Shown: in pieces, positions 1 through 8,387 of the stretch
Layout: every line of letters begins with the position of its first letter
Numbering within the stretch: position 1 is the stretch's first letter
Source: a virus
Taxonomy: Duplodnaviria > Caudoviricetes
Length of the DNA stretch: 61,859 bases
IMG/VR virus record: IMGVR_UViG_3300037424_001336
Span: 1-61,859 of that record
Strand: one strand, 5' to 3'
The notes under the pieces: generated by a model
What the model was told of the DNA's origin: nothing
The model's input: only the letters and a program-made list of their open reading frames with translations
Database searches by the model: none
Position numbers and translations under genes: made by a program

Positions 1-1320
1 GGCCCTGCCGTGGGCGACGAAAACGATGGTCTTGTCACGCGCCGGCGCCGCCCAGCAGAGGCCGCAGTTGCCGCAGCACCGCTCTTCGTCAAGCTGGGCC
101 GGGCAGACGATGCCTTCCTCGACCACGGGGCCGTCGGGCCGCCGCCAGATCGTCGTGGCACCCTGGCGGAGCGGTTTCGATGAGGAGAAGCGAATCGCGA
201 AGCGGTCCCAGCGGTCACGGGCCAGATCAGAAACCGCCGCCCCGATGGGGGTGAACACGGTGTGCGCGGTGTAGCCGAACACCCGCAACGCCGGGAACCT
301 GTCCAGCCAGGCGGCCCACTTCCCGACGTACTCGACGCCGTAGAAGTCGCCCAGGACGTGAAGCCTGACCACGAAGCCGTCCGGGAACAGCCGCTGCTTC
401 TCGGCCAGTTCCGAGGTAAGGATTTCCTCGAAGCGGGGGCCGTGCCGGTGGCGCCGCGCCAGCGGCATTCCGTTCCCGTAACACGATTTCCAGTGGTAGC
501 AGGTCTCCGGGCAGGTTGCCCGCTCCTCGAGGGTGACGGTGAAGATCGGCATCCCTTTCCAGGGGCCCTTGGTGACGTGACTGCCGATCTTGCGCTGGTT
601 CTGGCCCGAGACGAGGATGCGGGCGCTGTCCCCGGCGTCGACAACGGTGCTGGGGAACAGGGAATGGCCGGACTTGACGGCGCCGTGCTCCGGGGGCAGT
701 CCGGTCACCTTCTCGGGTTCCAGCTTGGTGTGGCCGTTGAAGCGCCGCGCCGGCTGTTTCTCGCGGGGAGCCTCTTTTTCCGAAACCGGCGTCTCGATCG
801 CGGTGCCGTCCCGGAAGGTGGCGCGGCAGCCCCCCTTGATCCTTTCGACCACGACGCCGCGCGCCGGCAGGCTGACCTTGAAGACCGGCCCCTGGCTCGA
901 CCGCGGCACCCCGGCGGCGTCGAGGATATGGCCCATCGTCTTCGGCAGCGGTTCGTTGCGCTCGATCAAGCCGCGCAGATAGTCGATCACCACATCGGCA
1001 TAGGCGGCCTTGCCCCTCGGCTTGGTTTCGGGAACAGGCTTGACCTGGGACGGCGTTTCCGGGAAACCGCTTGACTGATCGTTTGCCGGGCCTTCGGTAG
1101 GGGCCCCCTCTTCCGGGGCGGTGATCACCGTTTCCGGTTTCGTCGGCGGTTCCCCAGGCTCGGGCAAGCAAGCGTCGGCCCGCCGCAGCGGCATCGGTAT
1201 CCGGTCCAGCCGGTTGGTCGCCGCCAGGAACACGTCGACGGACGCGGCGACGGCGCGCTCGCTGCCCTCGGCCTCGAAGATGTCGCCCTCGATCGTCATG
1301 CGGAGACGGAGACTGGTCAT
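1..1320 (-). CDS. Gp88-like / radical-SAM-like Fe-S protein, 3' end runs off the window (not in the ORF track)
   Basis: Manual translation from ATG 1320, which overlaps the MT-A70 stop. It contains RATCPETCYHWKSCYG, RLHVLGDFY, VFGYT and a C-terminal CPAQ...CCGNCGLCW, and is open to position 1. Confidence 0.75.
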   Translation of the reverse strand, partial: MTSLRLRMTIEGDIFEAEGSERAVAASVDVFLAATNRLDRIPMPLRRADACLPEPGEPPTKPETVITAPEEGAPTEGPANDQSSGFPETPSQVKPVPETKPRGKAAYADVVIDYLRGLIERNEPLPKTMGHILDAAGVPRSSQGPVFKVSLPARGVVVERIKGGCRATFRDGTAIETPVSEKEAPREKQPARRFNGHTKLEPEKVTGLPPEHGAVKSGHSLFPSTVVDAGDSARILVSGQNQRKIGSHVTKGPWKGMPIFTVTLEERATCPETCYHWKSCYGNGMPLARRHRHGPRFEEILTSELAEKQRLFPDGFVVRLHVLGDFYGVEYVGKWAAWLDRFPALRVFGYTAHTVFTPIGAAVSDLARDRWDRFAIRFSSSKPLRQGATTIWRRPDGPVVEEGIVCPAQLDEERCCGNCGLCWAAPARDKTIVFVAHGRA

Positions 1321-1892
1321 GCTGCTACCCCAAATTTTCCGACTTCGTTGCCCCAGGCATCCCACCCCGGCCGCCGCTGCCGCGCAAACAACTCACAGCG
1401 CCAGGCCTTGGGAGCGATGCGCTCCAGCATCTCGTAAGCCTCATCTGGCTTCCGGCTGTGTTCCCTCACCGGGGCGACAATCAGGTTTCGTTCCGAATGG
1501 GATTTGCATGCCGGGGAGCCCATCGCTCCCAGCAGGAAAAACTCGGCGGCGGAGCGAAACACATACCCGGTGCCGAACGCCCACTTCCGGCCCGTCTTGG
1601 ATTGCTTTGCCCAGGGCCCGGCGGAGACGTAGCGGAACCCCCACGCGCCCATCGTCATGATCGCCTGCGGCAGCATCGGGGCCGTAGCCCACATCCAGAG
1701 CCAGCAATCGCGGGCCGCCAGTTGATGGACCGGAAGAGCCATGATCTCCTCAAGGCTCATGCAGGAATATTCGCCTTGAGGAGACTTCCCGTTGCCACGC
1801 TCGGAGCGCAACTCGAAGCGCCATGGACAGTCGGCGAGAATCACGCCGTATTTCATCGGGGTCAGGGCATCGAACGGCCAATCCTCGATCAT
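1317..1892 (-). CDS. MT-A70 family adenine methyltransferase
   Basis: Motifs ILADCPW (a DPPW variant), LWMWAT, HSRKP and ELFARQRRPGWDAWGNE. Confidence 0.9.
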   Translation of the reverse strand: MIEDWPFDALTPMKYGVILADCPWRFELRSERGNGKSPQGEYSCMSLEEIMALPVHQLAARDCWLWMWATAPMLPQAIMTMGAWGFRYVSAGPWAKQSKTGRKWAFGTGYVFRSAAEFFLLGAMGSPACKSHSERNLIVAPVREHSRKPDEAYEMLERIAPKAWRCELFARQRRPGWDAWGNEVGKFGVAA

Positions 1893-2695
1893 GCCCGCGC
1901 CTCCGCCCGTTCCCGGATCAGCCGCTGCTTGATTGCCTGCTCCTCGGGGGTCAGCGGCCGTTCGGTGGTTGCAACTGGTGCCGATTTCCGTAGGTCTGGC
2001 GGGCCGTGCCATTCGATGTCCTGGCGAACCCAGCGTTGCCACGTCAGCGACCAGCCGGGCCGCTTCTCGTTCCGGCCCCGGCCCTCGGTGAAATGCTGGC
2101 GCATGTCGGGGACCAGGAACCCGGAAATCTGCTGGTCTGAGAACCCAAGGCTTTTGGCGTAGGCGATGTCGCGCTCTTCCGGTTGCCAGTCCTTCGGAAA
2201 GGGGTACGGTTTTACCTTCGGATTTTCGGTTTTCTTTTGCACCTCGTCAGAGGTGTTTTCTTCTTCTTTTGGTTTATGGATAAGGATAGGTTCGTTCTGG
2301 GTTTCCGAAACACAAACCGGAACAGAACCGTTCGGTTTTGTTGAATTGTTTTCTTTCAATGACTTGGGCCTTCCGCCACGCGATCCGTTGTCGCGGTTTG
2401 TCTCTCGACGGTTGGCAACTTCTAGCCACACTTTTTCCAACTTTTTTTGTCGCCAAGTGTTGTCTGAAAGATCGAAAAATTCCTCGATCACTGGACGCAT
2501 CTTGAGCCACCGTTTCATGGTCAGCCCGAGGATGCGGCAAAGCCGTTCGTTATCGTCCGGAAGGGGGTTCCCGTTGTTGCGCCACGTCACGATCAGCAGC
2601 TTGAGATATGCCCCATGCTGCTCGCACGTCAGATGCATGGTGTCGGCCAAGTAGGCGTCTGTGTAGATCGGCATGACGGGGGCTTGGCTCATCAC
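1889..2695 (-). CDS. DUF1376/YdaU-family phage replication initiator
   Basis: N-terminus MPIYTDAYLADTMHLTCEQHGAYLKLL; translationally coupled to the end of dnaB. Confidence 0.85.
   Translation of the reverse strand: MMSQAPVMPIYTDAYLADTMHLTCEQHGAYLKLLIVTWRNNGNPLPDDNERLCRILGLTMKRWLKMRPVIEEFFDLSDNTWRQKKLEKVWLEVANRRETNRDNGSRGGRPKSLKENNSTKPNGSVPVCVSETQNEPILIHKPKEEENTSDEVQKKTENPKVKPYPFPKDWQPEERDIAYAKSLGFSDQQISGFLVPDMRQHFTEGRGRNEKRPGWSLTWQRWVRQDIEWHGPPDLRKSAPVATTERPLTPEEQAIKQRLIRERAEARA
2200..2360. other. Candidate replication origin inside the initiator gene
   Basis: AT-rich stretch with short AACC/GGTT inverted elements (e.g. gaaccgttcggttt), in the position where lambdoid origins lie inside the initiator gene. 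Confidence 0.35.
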
Positions 2696-4140
2696 ATCGC
2701 CCCCAGGTTATCGAAGCGCGCCGCGGCGCCGTCGAACCGGGCATTGACGGTGCCGATCGGGCCGTGACGCTGCTTGGCGACAATGATCTCGGCGAGGCTC
2801 TTGGCCTTGGCGAGGTGGGCTTCCCACTTCGCGACGCGGTCGAAGAACCTGTCGTCGCTTTCGTCGAGGCGCTGTTCGGGCTTGTCGCGCTCCAGGTAGT
2901 ATTCCTCGCGGTAGAGAAACATCACCACGTCGGCGTCCTGCTCGATGGTCCCGCCGTCGCGCAAATCCGCAAGCTGGGGCCGCTTGTTGTCCCGTTGCTC
3001 GACGGCACGCGAGAGTTGGGACAGCGCCAGCACCGGAACTTTGAGATCCTTAGCCATCGCCTTAAGCCCGGCGGTGATAGCCGAGATCTCCTGGACGCGG
3101 CCATTCTTCTTGCCGTCGTCGTCGGTCGCGAGTTGCAGGTAATCGATGATGACCAGGGAGAGGCCGTGCTGGCGCTTGAAGCGCCGGGCCGAGGTGTACA
3201 TGTACCGGATCGGCAGCGCCGGCCGCTCGTCGATCCACAAGGGCAGCGTCCTCATATCCTCGCCGCTGCGCATCAAGGCCTGGAACTGGTCCTGCCCGAT
3301 CCTGCCTTGCCTGACGAGATGGGAAGAGAACCCGGCGCGGCCGGCCATCTCGCGCATGGTTAGCTGCTCTCCAGACATCTCGAGCGAGAACACCTTGATG
3401 GGAGCAATCTGCGGCACCGCCGGCGTCAGTTGGAGATTCCTGGCCAATCGGGCGATGTTGAAGCCGATGGTGGTGGCCAGGGCGGACTTTCCAATACCGG
3501 GGCGACCGGCCAGAATGATCAGGTCCGTGGGATGGAGTCCGCCCAGCTTCTCGTCCAGGTCGACGAGCCCGGTGGGCAGCCCCGCGGGCTTCCCCGACTT
3601 ATAGGAGGCCTCGGCCTGCCTCAACGATTGGTCCACGTAGGCGGAGAGGGGTTGGGCCCCTGTCCTGGTGCCCTTGTCGGCCAGATCGAACAGCCGGCCC
3701 TCGGCGCGCTCCTGGATGGCCTCGGCGGTGTCAGGGGAGTCGAAGGCCTCGGCGGCTGCTTCGTCGGCAATCTCGATGATGCGGCGGCGCTTGGCCAGAT
3801 CCACCACGAGGTTGGCGTATTCGGTGGCGTTGACCAAGCCGACGGCGCAGGAAGCCAGATCGGCGAGGTAGGCCTGCCCCCCGACGTCGTCCAGGCCTTG
3901 GCCAAGCCGGTGCTTGAGTGTCACCGGGTCGGCGACGCCGCCACCGTCGATGATCTTGCCGCAGGCCTCGAAGATCTGGCCGTTCTGCCCCAGCGCGAAG
4001 TGCTCGGACTTCAGGAACTCGGATACCGCCTCGTAGGCCCGGTTGTTGGCGAAGATGGCGCCCAGCACCGCCTTCTCAGCCTCGATGTTGTGCGGCGGCT
4101 GCCGGAAGGTCGATGCTATTTGGATGGTTTGGTGTCCCAT
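2692..4140 (-). CDS. dnaB: Replicative DNA helicase
   Basis: PPHNIEAEKAVLG, Walker A GRPGIGKS, IIDYLQL, LSQLSR, EQDAD and KQRHG; GGAGGG RBS before ATG 4140. Confidence 0.97.
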   Translation of the reverse strand: MGHQTIQIASTFRQPPHNIEAEKAVLGAIFANNRAYEAVSEFLKSEHFALGQNGQIFEACGKIIDGGGVADPVTLKHRLGQGLDDVGGQAYLADLASCAVGLVNATEYANLVVDLAKRRRIIEIADEAAAEAFDSPDTAEAIQERAEGRLFDLADKGTRTGAQPLSAYVDQSLRQAEASYKSGKPAGLPTGLVDLDEKLGGLHPTDLIILAGRPGIGKSALATTIGFNIARLARNLQLTPAVPQIAPIKVFSLEMSGEQLTMREMAGRAGFSSHLVRQGRIGQDQFQALMRSGEDMRTLPLWIDERPALPIRYMYTSARRFKRQHGLSLVIIDYLQLATDDDGKKNGRVQEISAITAGLKAMAKDLKVPVLALSQLSRAVEQRDNKRPQLADLRDGGTIEQDADVVMFLYREEYYLERDKPEQRLDESDDRFFDRVAKWEAHLAKAKSLAEIIVAKQRHGPIGTVNARFDGAAARFDNLGAM

Positions 4141-4159
4141 GTCCCCTCCCCGGGGGTTC

Positions 4160-4621
4160 TTAGGTTTTGAGCGCGGCGTCGATTTCGGCGACGATCCCGC
4201 GCAACTCTTCGACGGCCTTGCGGTCTTCCGGGTCCATGGTCTCCAGGTTTGGTTCGTCGTCGTGGATACAAACGCTGCGGACCAGGGATTGCAGGTCATC
4301 GGCCAGCCACTCGCGGGCGTGGACCAGGGCCTCGCGCATCTTGTCGGGGTCGGGCACCCGACAGGCCGGCGGCGCGATCTCCTTGGCTGCCGCGATAGCT
4401 GGTGCGGCCTTGGCCAGCGTCTCCGCCGTCCGCTTCCGCATCGCCTCCGGGTCCGGCCAGCCGCACCACGTACATGCCTTGGCGTCGCCCAGGCCGTGGC
4501 CGCAGCTGGGGCAGAAATTGCCACCGGGCCTCTCGTGGCTCCAGTCGGTGGGCGAAAGCCGCGCCACCACGTCGCTGACGACGTCACCAAGGGGCTTCGC
4601 GCCTATCCGGTTGTCGCCCAT
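4160..4621 (-). CDS. Hypothetical protein with Zn-ribbon
   Basis: CPSC...CTWC; ATG overlaps the tnpB stop (TGATG) and has a GGAGG RBS. Confidence 0.7.
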   Translation of the reverse strand: MGDNRIGAKPLGDVVSDVVARLSPTDWSHERPGGNFCPSCGHGLGDAKACTWCGWPDPEAMRKRTAETLAKAAPAIAAAKEIAPPACRVPDPDKMREALVHAREWLADDLQSLVRSVCIHDDEPNLETMDPEDRKAVEELRGIVAEIDAALKT

Positions 4622-5698
4622 CAGGCGGCCCTCCGGCTTTCTTCCACAAGAGGCGGGACACTCCGCCCGAGCCTGAGAATGTTCCTGGCCGCGTTCACGT
4701 CGCGGTCGTGGATGGCACCACAGTCGGAGCATTCCCACGTTCTTATTCCAAGCCCCGCGATACCTTTCGGCCTCTCAGGCGGCAGCGCGCCACATTGAGA
4801 ACAGGTTTGGGTCGTGAACCTCTCGTCGACCTCCACGAACCGCACCGCCTTATAGCGGAGCATGCCCCTGAAAGCCGACCACCCTGCGTCGAGGACAGAC
4901 TTGGCCATCTTCGTTTTCGCGAGGGCTGATGCGTTGACGTTTCCCACCGCGATGAACGCGTATTCGCGGGAGAGACGGGTAGAGAGCTTGTGGTGGAAGT
5001 CGCGACGGGTGTTGCAGATCTTCACATGAATGGCCTTGGCGCGCCGAGCATTGCCAGCTCGCTGCGCGGTGGCGAGAGCCTCGGCGTGTCGCAACAAGTG
5101 ACGCGGGTTCTTGATGATCTCGCCGGTGGACAGGGTTGCGAGAGACTTAAGCCCAAGATCGACCCCGACTTCGGTGTTGGGCTTCGTCTGGGTTTCGTCG
5201 GACACTTCAACGTGGAGGCACACGAACCAGCGCCCGAGTCCACCCTCGACGAAGGATCCGCCTTTGGCGTTCTTCGGCAGGGGACGACGGCGGTTTCCAA
5301 AGAAACGAAAAGTCTTCCCGAGATATGTGATGCTGTTGCCCTCGGTCTGCCGGCTCTGGCGCTGGAATGGTACCCAGCCGAGCGCGCGCTTGGAGCCGAA
5401 GCTTGACCGGAATCGCGGGCAGCGTTTGTGCTGGTCGCGGCTCAGAACGAATTGCTCGCAGATGGCCTGCACCGTCTGCTGATGAATGCCAAGATGAATG
5501 CCGACCCCCTTGCATTGCTTGGCCAGATCGAAGTGCGATGCCCATTTGCGCTTCTTCGCGCCGGCCAAATAGCGGGCCTCAACATCGCGCTGTTGAGCCA
5601 CGCACCAGTTCCAGACTTGGTTGCAGGCGGTAGGTATGGGCGTTCAACACCTTGCGGGCAGAACGGTCTTTGAGCCGGTACTTGTAGGTTTTAATCAT
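4621..5698 (-). pseudogene. tnpB: TnpB (rearranged RuvC-II type) with an N-terminal frameshift and no IS ends
   Basis: MIKTYKYRLKD from ATG 5698 goes out of frame near 5630 relative to ACNQVWNWC...GVDLG...VGNVN...EVDERFTTQTCSQC...HDRDVNAARNIL. Confidence 0.85.
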
Positions 5699-5699
5699 T

Positions 5700-6055
5700 G
5701 CACCAAATCCTCCCGCCCCATGGGCTTCTCCTCAAACTGTCGGACGCGTCGGGGGCCATGTCATCCCCCGCTTGCTGGGACACACCCCGGGTTGCCGGTG
5801 GGCGGATAGGGGTTGGGTGTCCGCGCCCGCGTAAACCCCCGGAAGGGGCTTGCGTGGGGGCGGTCGGGGTGGCCACGGAATCGGCTTGCTTTGCGCGGCC
5901 TCCCCCGGTTCCGTCCGCCGGGCTTTCCCCGGCTGCTGGCATGATGGCCTCCATCGCTGGTTGGATTCCTTCCAAGGTTCAGTCGTCTCGCACCCCGAAG
6001 CCCGGCCACCCTTGCGGGCTCCGGGCACGGGGCCTAACGGCCGAAGGTCGGCGGG
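5700..6055 (-). ncRNA. Candidate structured RNA upstream of tnpB (alternatively a low-complexity ORF at 5691-5942)
   Basis: Run of GC-rich hairpins, several capped by GCAA or GAAA loops (6001-6025, 5917-5933, 5821-5863, 5777-5822). Confidence 0.35.
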
Positions 6056-6346
6056 TCAGATCTTGGAGATGCGCGTGATCTCGTGATCCAGTTGCCCGAG
6101 GGACGCGCCGACGCGCATCGTCATATCGCGGATTTCCTGGACCAAGCCGACCGGCACCGCCTCCGGACGCTTTTCCGAAGGTGCTTCTGGTTCGCACCCG
6201 AAGGCCCGGTCGGCGACCATCCGAACGCACTGGGTTTGATGCACGATGCGGCTGTTCAGTTCCTTGGTGGCCTCAAAGATGTCGCGCAGGAAGCTGTCCT
6301 CTTGCGGCCCCACCGATTGGCAGGCGGCATTCTGTAGTGAAGGCAT
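6056..6346 (-). CDS. Hypothetical coiled-coil protein
   Basis: AAGGAG RBS, in operon orientation, MPSLQNAAC... Confidence 0.65.
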   Translation of the reverse strand: MPSLQNAACQSVGPQEDSFLRDIFEATKELNSRIVHQTQCVRMVADRAFGCEPEAPSEKRPEAVPVGLVQEIRDMTMRVGASLGQLDHEITRISKI

Positions 6347-6405
6347 TGCACTCTCCTTTGCTTGTTGTGGTCGACTTTCCCCCGGCGGGCCGGCCGGCGC
6401 GTTCG

Positions 6406-7377
6406 TCAGCTTTCCGGACAGCCCATGAACAGGGGGAGCGCCGTTCCGTCCCTGGCGACGACGCAGGCTTCGTCGAAGGCGTGCTCGAAGACCTTGTCGG
6501 GGCGGTACATCTGGCAGCACCACTTGACCGACCCGCCCGACACGCGATAGCGAAGCCGGATGGCGATCTGGTAGAGCGCCCCCGACCGGAACACCGGGAT
6601 GGCGACCAGGAACAGCGTCGGCACCTTCAACGGCTGGCCCTGCTCATCCTGGTGGGCCGCCGTGTACTGGATCTGCATCTCGCCGCTGGAGAGGGTGGTC
6701 GCCTGCTTCACCGTTTCGCTGACGCGGACGGCCAAGCCGCGCGACAACTCCATCAGCCGGCTGGGGCTGGCGAACGCCCCACCCAGGAGTCCGACCAGAT
6801 TGGCAAGCTTGGCTTCCTTGTCGTCATCCAGGGGGGCGTGATTGAGGTCGGGCGGCATCATGACGTCGCCGATCCTGTCTTCCAGGAATTCGGCAAACGC
6901 CTGCTGGTCCATCAGGGTGCCGTCCGCTGTTTTCCACGCCTTCCATTCGTCCGACAGCGGGAAAGCGTAGTTGGCGCGATGGTAGGCAAAGCGCGCCTTG
7001 GCCTCGGTGTCGACCACGCCGTCCAGGCTGTTGACGGCGTCGTGGTAGTCGATGATCCCCGTGATTGCCGGCGCCGCCATGTTGCGATCGGCGAACAGCG
7101 CCGAGTCCTCGTTCTTGAACCGGTTGACGTAGGCGACGAGGCTGGCGAGGTCCTGCAGCCTCGCCGTACCCTTCCGAAACTCCGGGTTCTTCCGGTAGGC
7201 GTCGAGGTATGGTTTGATGTCGTGAGCCCGCAGGCCCAGCCCGTCCGGCAGCACGAGCACGGCCGCCGAGCCTTCGTCGGGAACCGTCAGCGGAACGACG
7301 GTCGGGGCGATGTGCTTCTTGACGATCTCGGCGACGGCCTCCGCCTCGGGCCGCCCGTTGTCTGATGTCTCGGTCAT
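6406..7377 (-). CDS. DUF2303 (YfdQ-like) phage protein
   Basis: IIDYH, PLSDEWKAW, MDQQAFAEFLED, IPVF and RLRYR motifs. Confidence 0.85.
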   Translation of the reverse strand: MTETSDNGRPEAEAVAEIVKKHIAPTVVPLTVPDEGSAAVLVLPDGLGLRAHDIKPYLDAYRKNPEFRKGTARLQDLASLVAYVNRFKNEDSALFADRNMAAPAITGIIDYHDAVNSLDGVVDTEAKARFAYHRANYAFPLSDEWKAWKTADGTLMDQQAFAEFLEDRIGDVMMPPDLNHAPLDDDKEAKLANLVGLLGGAFASPSRLMELSRGLAVRVSETVKQATTLSSGEMQIQYTAAHQDEQGQPLKVPTLFLVAIPVFRSGALYQIAIRLRYRVSGGSVKWCCQMYRPDKVFEHAFDEACVVARDGTALPLFMGCPES

Positions 7378-7402
7378 GTCAACTTGTCCCTCCAAGCGGG
7401 GG

Positions 7403-7801
7403 TTAAGCCGTCCGGACCTGTCCGGCGTCGCCGCTGGTGACGTCGCGCGGCTTGCCGAAGAGGTTCATCTGGCGGGGGTTTTGCGGCGTGAACTCGTTGT
7501 TCGCCGTCGACCAGGCGATGGTGCGGTCGCGCTTCGCCTTGGGGGTCTGGACCTTGTAGTCCGACGTGATCTCGAAGATCCCCTTGTCGAGGGTGAAGTC
7601 GAGTTTGAGGGTGAGCGAGCCCTTGCACTTGCTTCCGTAAGCGTGCGCAAAGTCGTTCATTGCCGCGTTGAGATTGCGGAGTTCGTCGGTGAGGTCGCCG
7701 TTCAGCCTCCCGTCCTCCACCATCTGTATGAATTGGTGGAAGGCTCTCGCCGCCACCTCTCCCGTACCCTCGCGGGTAGCGGGAACGTCGTTATCACTCA
7801 T
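7403..7801 (-). CDS. YfdP-like partner of DUF2303
   Basis: GSLTLKLDF...PQNPRQMNLF; GGAGG RBS; lies in the usual position upstream of DUF2303. Confidence 0.7.
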   Translation of the reverse strand: MSDNDVPATREGTGEVAARAFHQFIQMVEDGRLNGDLTDELRNLNAAMNDFAHAYGSKCKGSLTLKLDFTLDKGIFEITSDYKVQTPKAKRDRTIAWSTANNEFTPQNPRQMNLFGKPRDVTSGDAGQVRTA

Positions 7802-7821
7802 TGCCGCCTCCAAAGGTTGCG

Positions 7822-7898
7822 TGGTCGGCGTGGCAGGATTCGAACCTGCGACATCCCGCTCCCAAAGCGGGCGCACTACCGGGCTGCGCTACACACCG
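7822..7898 (-). tRNA. tRNA-Pro(TGG)
   Basis: CGGTGTGTAGCGCAGCCCGGTAGTGCGCCCGCTTTGGGAGCGGGATGTCGCAGGTTCGAATCCTGCCACGCCGACCA forms a complete cloverleaf with encoded CCA. Confidence 0.95.
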
Positions 7899-8030
7899 AG
7901 AAGGGGCCGGGGCGCTACCCCCGGCCAAGTCAACAGGGAGGTCACGTCTGGGAGACGCTAGGCCGTTCTGCCCGGAGGCACCCACGGCTCGGGGATCTGA
8001 AAAATCGGCGGAGCGGACGGCCTTGCGCAT

Positions 8031-8387
8031 TTATGCCGCTCCGCCGAAGGTGTCTGCCGACCGGATGGCCGGCAGTGAGGATTCCATCCGCGCCCGAAGA
8101 CGCGGCGTCGTGATGTTCGGCAGCAGGCGGGCGACGCGCTCGGCGTCGAGGTAAGGCATCGAGACGCGCCGCCGCTGCTCTTTGGCCGGCCGCTCGTCTC
8201 TCATCACTTCGGCCATGTTGCGGCCCTGGCGGTCGATGAAGGCGGGGTCGCGGATCGAACGCAGCCAGATGATCGCGGCGACGTCCTCGGGCACCATCCC
8301 GACGGCGGCACAGATTGCATCGAAGGAATCCCCGGACGTCCACATCATGGCGATCTTCACGCGGCGGTCGCGCTCGAACTTCGTCAT
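8031..8387 (-). CDS. Hypothetical protein, possible HTH
   Basis: MTKFERDRRVKIAMMWTSGDSFDAICAAVGM; ATGA overlap with the upstream gene. Confidence 0.65.
   Translation of the reverse strand: MTKFERDRRVKIAMMWTSGDSFDAICAAVGMVPEDVAAIIWLRSIRDPAFIDRQGRNMAEVMRDERPAKEQRRRVSMPYLDAERVARLLPNITTPRLRARMESSLPAIRSADTFGGAA

Noticed and set aside
227-1171. 314-aa minus-strand ORF and 270-aa plus-strand ORF in the track
   Set aside because: Shadow frames; the real gene is the 1-1320 minus frame with coherent Cys motifs.
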